The notes under the pieces: generated by a model
Told to the model about the DNA's origin: nothing
Database searches by the model: none
Seen by the model: the letters and a program-made list of their open reading frames with translations, nothing else
Source: Vermamoeba vermiformis
Lineage: Eukaryota
DNA length: 64,000 nucleotides
Assembly (NCBI GenBank): GCA_045837725.1
Contig: JBEWZL010000043.1
Coordinates: forward strand, 1-64,000
Reading direction: 5' to 3'
Made by a program: the position numbers and the translations under genes
Part shown: one piece after another, positions 36,922-49,701 of the stretch
Numbering within the stretch: the stretch's first letter is position 1
How the letters are laid out: each line of letters starts with the position of its first letter

Positions 36922-38540
36922 ATGACTGAAGTAATCGAGCCACAAGTTGACCAGCTGCGGATGGAGCTTCCCGAACATCAAGAGCTCAATGCTAGAGCTG
37001 ACCTTGGCGAGGCCAATCCACCACCCGATCAGGTAAATAGTCTTATTATATCTTAGGCACTATTGCTGACTCATTTGAAGGCCGCTAAGAAGAAGAAAAA
37101 GAAGAAAAAGAGCAAGAAGCCATCGAGCGCTCCAGCTGGCGACAAGAGCATTGTTGATGGTGCTAAGGGTGAGTAGTACGCATATTATGACCATATGTTC
37201 TTCTATATGCTCGTCGCGAGTAGAGTACGGGACTTTTCGAGCGGATATCTGAATGAGAGGATCTTACATCCGCTAAAACCATCTCTTTTCGAATTTCTCT
37301 CGTGCAATCCCTAATAGAACCCATTTTATTATTGAATTATGATATATAAGTTCTCTAATAATTAGCTGTGGTATTTAATCTCGGTTGCAATACTAACGAA
37401 TCCGTACTTCTAGACTCCGAACATTCCGCTCCCTCCAATGAAGTCCTATTAGCACCAGGTGAGCTGCCTAGTGTTCCTATATCAAAGTTGTATCCGAACG
37501 GCGACTTTCCTATCGGAGAGATTCAAGAGTACACGAACCAGCCTTGGCGAAGCACATCCCGCGAGAAACAAGACCTCGACAAGTTGACGCAAGACGTGCT
37601 CGGTAACCTCCGTCGTGCAGCTGAAGTGCATCGCAAAGTACGTCAGTGGACTAAGGCACATGTTATCCGCCCTGGAGTGCCTCTGATCGAGATCGCTCAA
37701 AAACTTGAATCTGAAGTATGGCGCTTGGTTGAAAAAGATGGACTAAAAGCTGGCTCTGCATTCCCTACTGGCTTGTCGCTCAACCATATTGCTGCTCATT
37801 TCTCGCCTAACACTGGAGACAAGAACATCTTTGGCGCATCGGATGTGCTCAAGGTCGATTTTGGCGTGCACGTCAATGGCTACATTATTGATAGTGCCTT
37901 CACCGTTTCATATGACCCTACATTCGATCCATTAATTAATGCGGTCAAGGAGGCGACGAACACTGGCGTCAAACTTGCGGGCATAGATGCGCGACTTGGC
38001 GAGATCGGCGCAGGAATTCAAGAAGTGATGGAGAGCCATGAGGTTATTATCAATGGAAAAGTATACCCGGTGAAGCCTATCAAGAACATCTGCGGCCACG
38101 ACATCAATCCGTATATTATCCATGCAGGCAAGAGCGTGCCAAGTGTCAAGTCCAACGACAACACGAAGATGGAGGAGAACGAGCACTATGCTATTGAGAC
38201 GTTTGGTTCGACGGGCCGTGGTCAGATCCATGAAGACTACGAGTGTTCTCATTATAGCAAGAACGGTGATGCTCGTGCTAACGTCAGATCCGCTACAGCC
38301 AAGCAGCTCTTGTCGCATATTAACCAACGCTATGGCACGCTTACTTTTTGCCGTCGTTGGCTCGATGATGAAGGACAGACTCGACACCTCCTAGCTCTCA
38401 AACAACTCGTGGACCAAGGTGTTGTAACTCCACATCCACCGTTGGTGGACATTAAGGGATCCTACACCGCGCAATGGGAGCACACGCTTTTCTTGCGTCC
38501 TACTTGCAAGGAGGTGCTCTCTCGCGGTGATGACTATTAA
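36922..38540 (+). CDS. METAP2: Methionine aminopeptidase 2
   Basis: Poly-Lys N-terminal extension; RRAAEVHR, FPTGLSLNHIAAH, KVDFGVHVNGYIIDSAFT, GHDI, AIETFGSTG, AQWEHT...KEVLSRGDDY*. Confidence 0.97.
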
Positions 38541-38701
38541 GTACTAGCATACTCGTGACTAATAGTCGATTAATAATATTAAGCCTATCTTCGTCATTTT
38601 TTGTTTCATTCACAATAAACACCGCATCCGCACGCATATTTTTGGCGCCGTCCTTTTATTTGTCTTTTTTGAAATCAAAATTATTTTTTGACTTACACGA
38701 T

Positions 38702-41700
38702 ATGTCTATATCAGAAGAGGCTGTTTACAGTTTATGGGCTTTGGCTGAACAGTTTGCATTCAGCTCTCAATTCCCTCGTGCCATCTCTTCTCTAGAAGGT
38801 AAGACAAGCCTCTACGACAGAAATTTCCACTAAATAATATTGTGATTAAATATATCAATATATTAATCGTTAAATCGTTATTATACACTTCGAAATCATG
38901 GATGTGAAAACGTTTTATTTTCAAAAATAATAGTAGACCTTATTTTCATAATTATTTGGTAGAAAAGCAATTTAACGCATGTAATAATTATTTTTATAAT
39001 TTTACTAATATTTTTAAAGCGATATGCCAGTCGAACTTGCACGTCCCGCCAGTTCTGCTTGCCAAAACACGAATTAGACTTGCAGAGATATTGATAACAA
39101 ATACTGCGAATATTAATGAAGCGAAATTCCACTTGGAACGTGCTGTATCCTTATTACTAAGATTTTTTCATTTTTGAATTTTTCGCGGGCTGGATCTGCT
39201 TCACTGTCCACCGTCAAAATTCCACAAGAACACTTCTATTATAATAATATTTTCTTTAACATTTTTCCTTCGAACTACAGTTAACAGCTATTAGCTCTGT
39301 AAGTATCTTGTGTTGCAGATCGGATCGAGCTCTAACTTACCTTACATTAATTATTCGTATTAGTTCGAATCAGAAGTCGAATTAAAGCTGCAAATATTCT
39401 ATCTACTATCAATTGTGTTTGAAAAGCAAGACCTAAAGAAACAGCTCAAAGACGTTTTAAAGAACGGCATTCAATTGTCCACAAAGTACGTAATTATATT
39501 ATAATTGCCATATATATGGAAATGTTTATCTTTATGTAATATTATTAACGGTCAATAATCATTTTCATTTGCATTGGAGAATAATTAATTTACCGATAAT
39601 ACCCAGTCAAAAACTTTCACTACTGAGCGCTCAACATAAATTAATACAATTTTTATTAATATTATTTCTTAGTATTCCCAAGTGGTATTTTTACTTCGTG
39701 AATGAGTTCTCGCAAGTGTTGATCGAAGAAAATGCACTCGACGACGCCGTGAATTATTTGACGGTTGCAACGCAGACAGCGCAAAGTATTAGCGACGTAT
39801 CGACTCAAGTACGTATATCATAATTAATACTATCATGTATATGGCAATTATTGATTTTATATTGGCTTTTTGTAACTAGATCCGGGAAACTGATTTTTTT
39901 TATTTTTGTTTGCAGACGTTCTTTAGCTTAGTCTTAGCGCAATTATTCCTAAAATGGAAAAAATATCAGCAAGCACAAGCGTACTTGACCTCCGCTGAGC
40001 AGCTGATCAGTGCTTTTGAAAAGTACGTCAACAGCAATCCCGAGAACGACGTCTTGTTTGCGCACATGAAATCTCCGCTGAAATCTCCGAATGCCAAGGC
40101 TAGTCACGCTCAGGTACGTTGTCCAACCAAATAAGGAAGTTTGACTCTCATTCGAAGATACTTGGCAATCGTTTCATTGCAAAAATTTCTTCTGGCCTTT
40201 GCGAATATTTCCAAATTAGGTTATACTTTGAGAATTATTTGCTTCTTACTAATATTTCCTTATTTAGCAAACGGTATTGATGCTTCGCATTCACTTGTTG
40301 ATCTTGACCGAGGCGTACTTGCTCAATCTGGGTGAGATTAAATTGGCCAATTCCAAGCTGGACAGCCTTCAAAATCTCGTGACGAGCATGCGCGATGTGG
40401 ATTACAACAGTGGATTTTACAGCTGGATGACGTCAGCAAGTGTTTATGCCTTCACTTATTTGATCTCGACTGTCAATCATCGAATTATTGGTAACACTCA
40501 AAACGCAAAGGAATTCATTGCCAAGGGCATTGATCTCGTCAACAGTACGTCGAAAAAAATATCTAAAAAATATCCACTCGCAAAAATATCTACGAACAAA
40601 ATATTTAATTTTTTCACGTGAAAAAAATTCGACCCAAAAATTAGCTAAATCAATTTATTATAATATAATATTAATAACACTTATATAAGTAATTATTGAT
40701 GATTTTGTTATGTAGTGGTGTATCAAAAAGAAGTTATCGACAAAAAAGGCATTGTGACGCCAGAGAAGAAGAAACTCATCACCTCGCTGATAAAATTGAA
40801 GTTCATTTTGTTGGAGAACAGCATTTATTTGAACATTACGCTGTATAATTTGGATGTCGCCATGCAGGTACGTCAAATTTCTCACGATGACTCCAAATTT
40901 TACCACGCGAAATATCGCATATCAAATATAACTATTTTAATTAGATAAAAAAGTATTATTTGTTATTTAAATTAACTTTCGAGCGTGAAAAATATTTGAC
41001 ACGTGTCAAGCCGAATTTTTTCACGGCGAAGCCAATATTTATACACTAATATATTATATTCGCGTACGAAGACTAGTTCTAATTTCCTTCATTATAGCAT
41101 ATCATGGAATCGAAAGAGCTGTTCGAAATGTTTGGACTTCAAGATAGATCCGGCGTCTTTGCTGATGCAGAGTGCATTTTGAACTTAGAGCTCGCATTAT
41201 ATGCTCATGCAATGGGCTATAACGACTGTGCTATGCAACATTATCAAACTGCATTGGCGGTACGTACATTATTTCCTTTTTAGGAATTTTTTTGGATCAC
41301 TAACAAACAATTTCATTGCAGAACACGCACGACTTTGATAAGCAGTGTTTAATATTAATTCATATGTGCTTCTTATTTTTAAGAAGTAACGATCCTAATA
41401 ATTACGTAAGTAACGTTGAAAAAGTTGGATCAAGATCCGCAATTAGAGTTAATTTTTTACGTACTCATTAATTTTTGATTTTTAGACGAATTATTTGACA
41501 GCTGCAAATGATATTATTGCAAAGAATAAGCAACGATTTGAAAGACATCCTAATTTGGTCATTCAAGCTTCATCGCATTTGCTCGAAGGATTTTTATTGC
41601 AAGCGCAGCTTCAATTTGATGAAGCAAGGTAATTTATTCTAAGAAATTATCATAAATAATAATAATGATAATAGCAATATTTAACGTTGCAAAACACGAC

Positions 41701-42190
41701 GGTTAATTTTTCCATTTTTAGAAATAAATTCAAGATGGCGATGGCGTTGGCTAATCAACCGATCAGTCACAATCAACTGACTGGCTTGACATTGATATCG
41801 TTAGGCGAGACATTATTGCAGCAAAAACAGCAACTGGATCCGAAAGAAATCGAAAATATTGAAACGGCCTTCGCATCCGCTTTGGCGATCTCTTATCGCG
41901 CCAACAACTTAACGACTGTCATTCATTCTTTAAGCTCCTTATCATGTAAGTACCTTATACATATTTAATACCGGCTTCAGATTTGATTCAAAACAAATTT
42001 TAGATCTCGATCGGATCTAACTTTAAGTTTTTTAGTTTTCTATCAACGCTTGAATGTGATCGATAAGATGACCTATAACCAACAATACAAACAAGCCAAA
42101 GACGAAGAGTTCATGCAGCGCATGTCAGTGGTGCCGCAAGACTTTGTTCAATTTTTGTACAATTATTATCCTGCTCGTCCTGTGCAGTAA
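38702..42190 (+). CDS. MAU2: Cohesin loader subunit MAU2/Scc4
   Basis: YSLWALAEQF...AISSLEAI...AKTRIRLAEILITNTANINEAKFHLERA resembles the MAU2 N-terminus; TPR-like exons follow, including HNQLTGLTLISLG. Confidence 0.8.
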
Positions 42191-42333
42191 AAAAAAACGA
42201 ACCTTTATCTTTGTTTATTCATAAATCTGCGGCATATTTTCGCAGTTACAATCGTGCGAGCGCCTACATACAACCGAGTTTTCGGTTACAGTAACTCCAG
42301 CAAATTTGAAATTCAATGCAATTCAAGCAGTAA

Positions 42334-45151
42334 ATGGATAATAACGACAATGAGAATTTTGTCACTGCAAAAATAGCACTAAGAATTATAATACAACGCA
42401 AGAGCAATCTGGACAATTTGGAACTAGTTCGAGCGATCTCAAATCTGTCTCGAGCTTCCAAGACTTACAATTGCGTGATCGATGACTCTATTATAATATT
42501 GAGCTGTAAAAATATTACCGGAATAATCAAGCATTATTTGAAAATAATCAGATTTATTAATTTAATTTTGGTTTATTTTTAGGAGGTGGATGTCGCTTTG
42601 CTCGCAACAAATTCTATGGATATATTAATACTTCGAATGCTACAAAATTTATTGCATGTGAGTAATATTTAATGGCGGTTTTGGATGCTAACTGTTGATT
42701 CAGGCGCGGATGCGATATCTCAACACTACCACAGATCAGTTTACATTCATATATTCCGAAAATGTCTTATTGACATTGTAAAGAACTGTTCTTTCGAGTT
42801 CTTATCAAAGTACATCACGTTCTTAACGTCACGAGGCATGATCTACCAATATTACGGCGAAAAACAGCCAAACGGATTCAAACCTTTGGAACTCGTTAAA
42901 GCTTTGCAAATATCTAATGAAAATGGCTGGGCCGACAAAGCTTTGCTTTTATTTCAGCATTTGGTGGATTATTATTCCGTGCCTATCGACTGGTCCGACG
43001 CAAAGCGCCATCAAATCGAAGAAATTAAACAAAGAATTTCTAAGAATTTCAACCTAAATTTTGACGGGCAGCTTGGCAATAGAATACGACAAATTAGGAC
43101 TCAACTCACACATGGCACAGTGCCACTTGGATCACTACTCGGTAAGGGTTTAACCTCACAACCAGTTAATTTTGCATAATAATAGTATACTATGTATGTT
43201 ACATTCGTTTATAATCCACAATTTTGAAGCGATACATTTATATTTTTTTAGGCAATCAATTCGCTTGAGATGCATTTTTCACGAACGCGAAGAGTACTAT
43301 CTAGCAATACGTATGTCTAGTGGACACCTTGATTTTACCATAAAAGGAAGTTCCATGTGACTACGGTGCTGGCCGCTATTCTTCACGTTCATGACATGAA
43401 AATTCTTTTGAAAATTTTGGAATATATTTTGAGATAGTCGTTTAACTATGTTGATTTAGCACCCAAAAGAATGGAATTATCAAAAGTACCAAAAGAAGTA
43501 TTTGATTTGCCTATTGAACAACAGCCTTGGTTCTTTGGGCACGTTGAGCATCCTGGAGAGGTCGCCACAGGTAAAATACACTCCTTTTGCCTAATTTCAA
43601 ACCTTACTTAATTTAATTGATTAATGCTTATTATTAGATTGCGCTACGTCTGGTGCATTTTTGGTGGTTTTTCAAGGCTCAAAATTAATGGCGCACGTGA
43701 GAGGTCATCAGTCATTTCATTTCCATCCAAATTACTTGAAGGATACTACGACCAAATTTTATATGCATAATGATGGAGTAGTACATTATGTACATCTTTA
43801 TGAGTTCTATCGTAGCCTCGTCAATCAAGATCTGGATGAGCTTCGTGCAATTCAAGAAACCCACAGTAAGCTACTATTTCAGAATCTATATTATTAATAA
43901 TTCAATATTTTATTTTATATAATTGATTTTTACGTAAGTTGTAGATGATCTAATTTTGCATTGTTAGATATTGACTGGAAAATTGTCATCGAAGGTTTGA
44001 AGCAACCGAATCCTTTTATAGATTTGCTGGTCAATGTTACAGCCCCTCGCGACGAAATTGTGCAATATTTAATCGATATTGGCGTTCCTACGTAAGTGAT
44101 TATTAGCGTTCTCAGACAGATAAAAGTGACACTTTTTGACATGTTGACACGTGTCAACGATATTTTTCACGCATACCAAACCTTACTTACTAATTAATAG
44201 TCTTTTTTTTTTTACCTTGATATTACTCTAATAGTAGTATCAAAAAGGGTCCTAGCACCTTGGCCGTATACACCCATTCACGACAATCAGGTCGCAGCAT
44301 TTGACAAATTATTATCAGTTGGCACTAAAATCGACACCTCACTGTTTATTGAATTGTTGCGCAAAAAGCCGTTCATGAATATCAGACAAATGAAAAAATT
44401 AGTCAACGCTTGGCAAATGGATCGATATACTTCGGGAAGATTGTTGTCATTCATTTTATTCACTTTTCCACATACCCTAAAAAGGGAAGGCTATTTCTCC
44501 GAACGAAAGTTGACAGTACTTTGGATCTACAAATTTGGACAAAGCGATGGTTGCAATTACTTACAAACACTACCAAAAGAATTAATAAGGCTGATTATAG
44601 AATATATGGACGAACAGCCGTTATTTTTTGAACTGGCACTTATGATCACAAAACTTCCCGATATAGATTACAGCTATTCTCCGACAATCGGAGATTTACA
44701 ACGATCTCCGTACTATGGTCAAGTACTGGTGGAAGGAACTAATATGTATGCAAAACGGTCTGTAATGGAAGACATAGTGCATTATATGCGTTTTGCGTAC
44801 TTGCGAGAAAATTATCGTTGGATCCGACGCGCACTTTGCGAACAAGAAAGTTTAAATTTGGTGGCAACGAAGATGAAGTTGGTTGCGTACATGATGAAGA
44901 ATGAAACAGATATTACTATATTTAGACATTTACATCGGCACTTACAGCCTGTGCCAGGATACCCATGGCCGATAATAGACGCATTCAAAGCGAACAATAG
45001 AACAGCGTTGCAATTTTACGTTGAAGAACGAGATGACTTTGTAATGCCGTCACGTGACGAATTTGAAGCGAAAGTCAAACCACCAAAGTACTCGATGACG
45101 TACGAACAAGCTCTAGCGTTGGTTGACGAGATCAGATCTAATAAGAAATAA
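42334..45151 (+). CDS. Uncharacterised multi-exon helical protein with an F-box/BC-box-like motif (may be more than one gene)
   Basis: Series of + strand exons with GT-AG junctions ending in ORF 44354-45151, which contains LQTLPKELIRLIIEYM. Confidence 0.45.
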
Positions 45152-45590
45152 ACCAATATTTGTTTAATAAACTCCAAAATGATGTGTCTGTTTCATATTT
45201 CAACATATGATTGAATAGTTTTCAAGACACTGCCTAGGCACCGTGGAGTCACCAAACATGGTCTCCAGACTTGTTTTTGACACTTCGAACGAAATTTACA
45301 AAATTTGTGCGATCAAGAGGCCTTTCATTTGCAACTCCCATACAAATTCATCCGCGCAATTTGAGATCTTGTTCAGTTCGGAGACTATCAGTGTGGACTG
45401 AGGACTAATGATGACATTTTAGCCCAGAGTCATAGGGATCTACCGAATTGAAAACTAGTTAGACGGAGGTTTTGTTGGGTTAGCTAACAAATACTCGCTT
45501 TGGTATTCGCAAATTTATAATTACAGAAATATGTACAAAAATGAGATAATTACAATGTCTTTCGGTGGATCTGATCCCGCTATTGTATTT

Positions 45591-48500
45591 TTAGGGCTGA
45601 GGTTCTTGAGTCTGTTTCTTGCGATATTTTTCCAATTTAAGCTCTGTGATCAATTCTTTTTGCTTAATTTGGCTATATTTTTGCAGTTTTTTCATTAATT
45701 CTTCTTTCTCTTTATCGCTCGTAATGCTCTTAGATCTGCCTCGCGCTGATTTTTTGGGCTCGGCAAAAGGATCCGTTGAAGATGAAGATCGTTCTGGTGC
45801 TTTATCGCTCAATCTCTTCAATTTTTTGCTAACTTTGGACATTTTCTTTTCGATCGATCGGATCTTCTGTTGAACTTTTCGAGGTTTCGGTCGAAGTTGC
45901 GGATGTCGCTCGCAAAGGTCTTCAATCATTTCAGAAGTAGCACCCAATCGTTTAAGACACTCAATAGGCTTAGTCAAGTCTCCCGCATACTTTTCAATAT
46001 GCTCGTACATGACTTTTCCTTCTTTCAATATGAACGATCCGCCAAGTTGCCTAAACAGATCCGACGTTAGATCGCAAAAAGTTTAACTCGCAAATGATGA
46101 TATGCTTACAAGATGTCGCCTTGTATAGGACCTTGAGTATAGCCTAATGCACGGGCTTCAGCATTGAGGGCCTGGGTCTTCGAATTGAGCACCCCTTTAA
46201 CCCATCCGCGGTGACACTTGAAATCATCGAACAAATGGCGCGCTTCGTCCACGTACAAATCAACGTCTATAGTGATAAAATTAATAAATTTGATTTGCAG
46301 ATTCGTTCATGAAAGAATCGCGTACCGAAGTTGAAATCATCCTTGAACAAAAGAGCTTGACCAGGTGTGCCAGATCCAACGACAACTAGCCTAACTCCAC
46401 TATCATATAAGATTATTAATATATATTAGGCTATATAATATTTTTTAGTGCTTACAGCTTGTCTAAGGCCGGTTTTATCATCGACAGTTCGCATGCGTAA
46501 CGGCGACCAAGAACACTGATAGAAATTGTCAGATAACGCTAGATATAAGCTATATATAATTATTATAGTACCACCCGAAGTGTCTTAAGAAAATAAACAG
46601 CACTGTTGAGTGAGCAACGAGGGATCCAAATTCAACTTTTTTGCCATCAGGACTAGCGACTATTCGCTTCATAAGAGTCGTGTGTAGTTCATATAGACTC
46701 TCACTTCTTAGTAGATCATTAGGAATGTCTTCTGAAGACTCTTCTTCGCTGTCTTCTTCCACTTCAACCCGCGTGGATTCTAAATCCAAATCCGTTAGTT
46801 TTAAGAAAACTCACTTATTATGCTATATAATGACTGTAAGAAATCTATTTAAATGATATACGTACCATTTCCGTTAAGGCTAGAGACTACTCGGCTCATT
46901 TCGTAGAGCTCTTGATCGTTCAAGATCGTCGCGTTTCGTTGCAGGCACGAAAAATAGCGTTGGATGTGGCTAATGGCTTCGACTTCATAAGGAACTTGTT
47001 GATACTGAGATATTCTCCATATAATCTTGCCGATACTCGATAATTTATGCCAATTAATAAGTCCTTTTTCGTCGTACGTATCGAGTTCTTCCAGATGCAG
47101 CAGATCTCGGAAAAATAAAGCTAAAAAAGGGATTAAAAATCTTAAATTAATTATAGAAATATAAATAGGCTTACCAAAATAAGGAATGCACGGTCCTTTA
47201 GCCGCATCCAATGCTTCTCGATAATTCTTAAAGTTCATGTGGTGATCCATTAACTTTTTGACCTTATCAAAACTATCTACGACGTCGCTAGGTAGCACTG
47301 GCAACGCTTGGTCCACAAATTTTGAAACGGATCCGTTGTTTAAAGCCGAATAAATAATCATTACGCCGTTGAAATTATTCAATTTCCAAAGCTCGCGCAT
47401 GATCATAATAAATTTGGCTATTTTCAGCGGCCTTTCTTCATTAGTAGCCATAATGATCTGAGTACAGACCCATCTTGAGCTCTGGATCGAGTAAAATGTC
47501 AAAAAAATGCAAATTACCATAAAAGGAAAAAATACTACAAAACCGCTAGAAAGCAACATAATATGATTCCGTACATAAATATAATATTAAATGTATTACT
47601 TGACTTATTTGTCTATTCGATTTTCGATTCATGAATCAAATGTGCGGAATAAAATGTCAAAAAAACTTAATTTGCGGAATAATTCCGTACCTCGTTAAAG
47701 AATCCAATAAATTTCCCTAACGGCGTCTCATGCTTGTCTGTCTCCTTTTCAAACCTTTTCTTCATTAATACTTCTAATGGCACTTCGATGAATTTTTGCG
47801 AGCAGATGTAGGTAAATTGTTCGGCAATATCGCGAGTCGGTTCTTCAAGCAGATCGAATTTGACGATCCGGAACGAGATGGGTCCGGATATACGTAATCT
47901 ACTACTTAGCATTCTCTTCTTATTAATATCATCGCCCTGGCCGATATTGTTGAAGTCGATCCGCTTCATTAATAATCCGCTTAATTCTTTGTCGATCTGA
48001 TTGCCATTCTCGCTCAATGAATTAACGAAGTTCTTCATCACCTTGGCGCATTCAGGGTCTTTATATACTTTAGGCTTAAGATGCATAATTTTGCCGAGAG
48101 TATTAGCCAGCCTAAAGCATTATTTAATTTTTTGTTAGTATAATTTAGTATCTCGCAAATTAAGCTCAAAAATTGTGATACAAACCTCATTTTAGCTGCA
48201 GATTGCTCGGCTATACTATGCGCGCTCAATCCTCGATAAAATTGCGTTGTTTTGTGGATTAGTTGCAGCGGTTCCAAAAAGTAATCAGATGAAAGAACAA
48301 AATACGTGGCGAGCAGCGGATCTATAAGATTATACTTAATACATGTACTAGACGTATATTATGCGTATTTCATACCATTTCTAGCGTTTGTTGCGATTTC
48401 AGTGAGCAGATCTTCCAACGGAACAAATTCGAGAGGTTTTAATGGTTCTACTGGCTTAGGTTCAACAGGTGCCTCGGGGATATTATAAATAGGCTTCTCA

Positions 48501-48782
48501 TCAGTCTTAAGCTACATTGTTATTATTTGAAACTGAATTGGAATTAAATTTAAAAACTCTTACGTAATCATCCGACAATAATTTTTTGATTTTAGCTGTA
48601 GATCTGCCTGGATTGCCCATCGATCGACGACGTGATTGTTTAGCAAGTATAGTCTTCAATGCTTCAGATATATCCTTTCTTTCTTCACTTCCACTTGGCT
48701 GGACACTTGTGGATGTATCACTTTTTGAACTGGTCAGATTCAGCGACAATCGCTTTATTCGCTCTCTAGAAGGACTATCCAT
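45591..48782 (-). CDS. RasGEF (REM + CDC25) fused to an AhpC/TSA-like (PRXL2-type) thioredoxin-fold domain and Lys-rich coiled tail
   Basis: CDC25 motifs IAEQFT, FN...SRWVCTQI, LNNFNGVMIIYSAL, NFKNYREAL, PCIPYF, INWHK. Phase-compatible intron 46865-46780 joins these to FLRHFGC...GVRLVVVGSG...LYVD...GDILQLGGSF...VMYEH. Confidence 0.85.
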
Positions 48783-49701
48783 GGAGTATACGTGAGAGCT
48801 GTGGTACTACTGTTTGATTTCTTCGATTAAAAAAGACCGTTGAGCGCAACATTTCAAAGAGCGGAATAATTCCAATTCTGCCGTGGCGTATATCTCCAGC
48901 GCCAGCTGAAAATAACACTGATAAATAGATTGCAAAGACAGCAATTGAAATTACACATTATTGTTATAAAATTTAAAACAGTTGTGTTCGTGTGTAAGCA
49001 GATTTGATCCACGGATGAGCTTCGGTAAGTAATTGTACATTGCCTGAATAAGATAGACTTGATGTATAATCGATCGATTTGTGGTAGCTTTGAAAGTTTT
49101 GGTGGTGTGACAATTTACCCAGGTAAGAAGCTCGAGCTGGAGGTGACCACGAAAATTTTGGTGAATATTTTAAAAACATTAATAATTACCCTATAATTAA
49201 TGCATCGCATTGGCTTGCTATTTCTCTTTTTTTCACGTGATCCTATGCCAAGAATCAATTTTTCAGCATTCTGTTGCTTTTACGCAGACCAAACGACAAT
49301 GAATAATTTAAGATAATTATCGTAATATATATTATATATTATTGTAGTATAATAATTAATGTTACCTTGCGATCAGCTTGTCAACAGGATGGCGAAAATC
49401 TTTGCGACAGATCATGTCAAATAGCGAACCAAATTACTGCACGTTGAAATATTTAAATAACTAATACAAAGCTAGTTGTTGCATTGTTCGTGTCAACTCT
49501 AATCTCTAAACGCATGAAATCGAACTTTTTAACTCTTTTGCTCTAGAGTAGGCTGATGGTAGTAATATCTATATAGCGCCATGCAAGAGCGGTTCCTTTG
49601 TGACCCTTCATCAATATATCTATAGAATATTCTGAGACCGCGCTAAGTCGAAGAGTCAAAATTTTTATGTCCGTATCTACTACTACAGCTGGATCTACAC
49701 C

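Noticed and set aside
28209-38540. Possible secondary-metabolite cluster (Zn2Cys6 pair + PigC-like enzyme + MetAP2 as self-resistance gene)
   Set aside because: No PKS, NRPS or terpene synthase nearby. MetAP2 looks like the ordinary housekeeping copy, with its poly-Lys N-terminus and the AAH histidine intact.
46500-46580. Selenocysteine in the Prx-like domain
   Set aside because: The best splice junction gives TG|T (Cys), not TGA.
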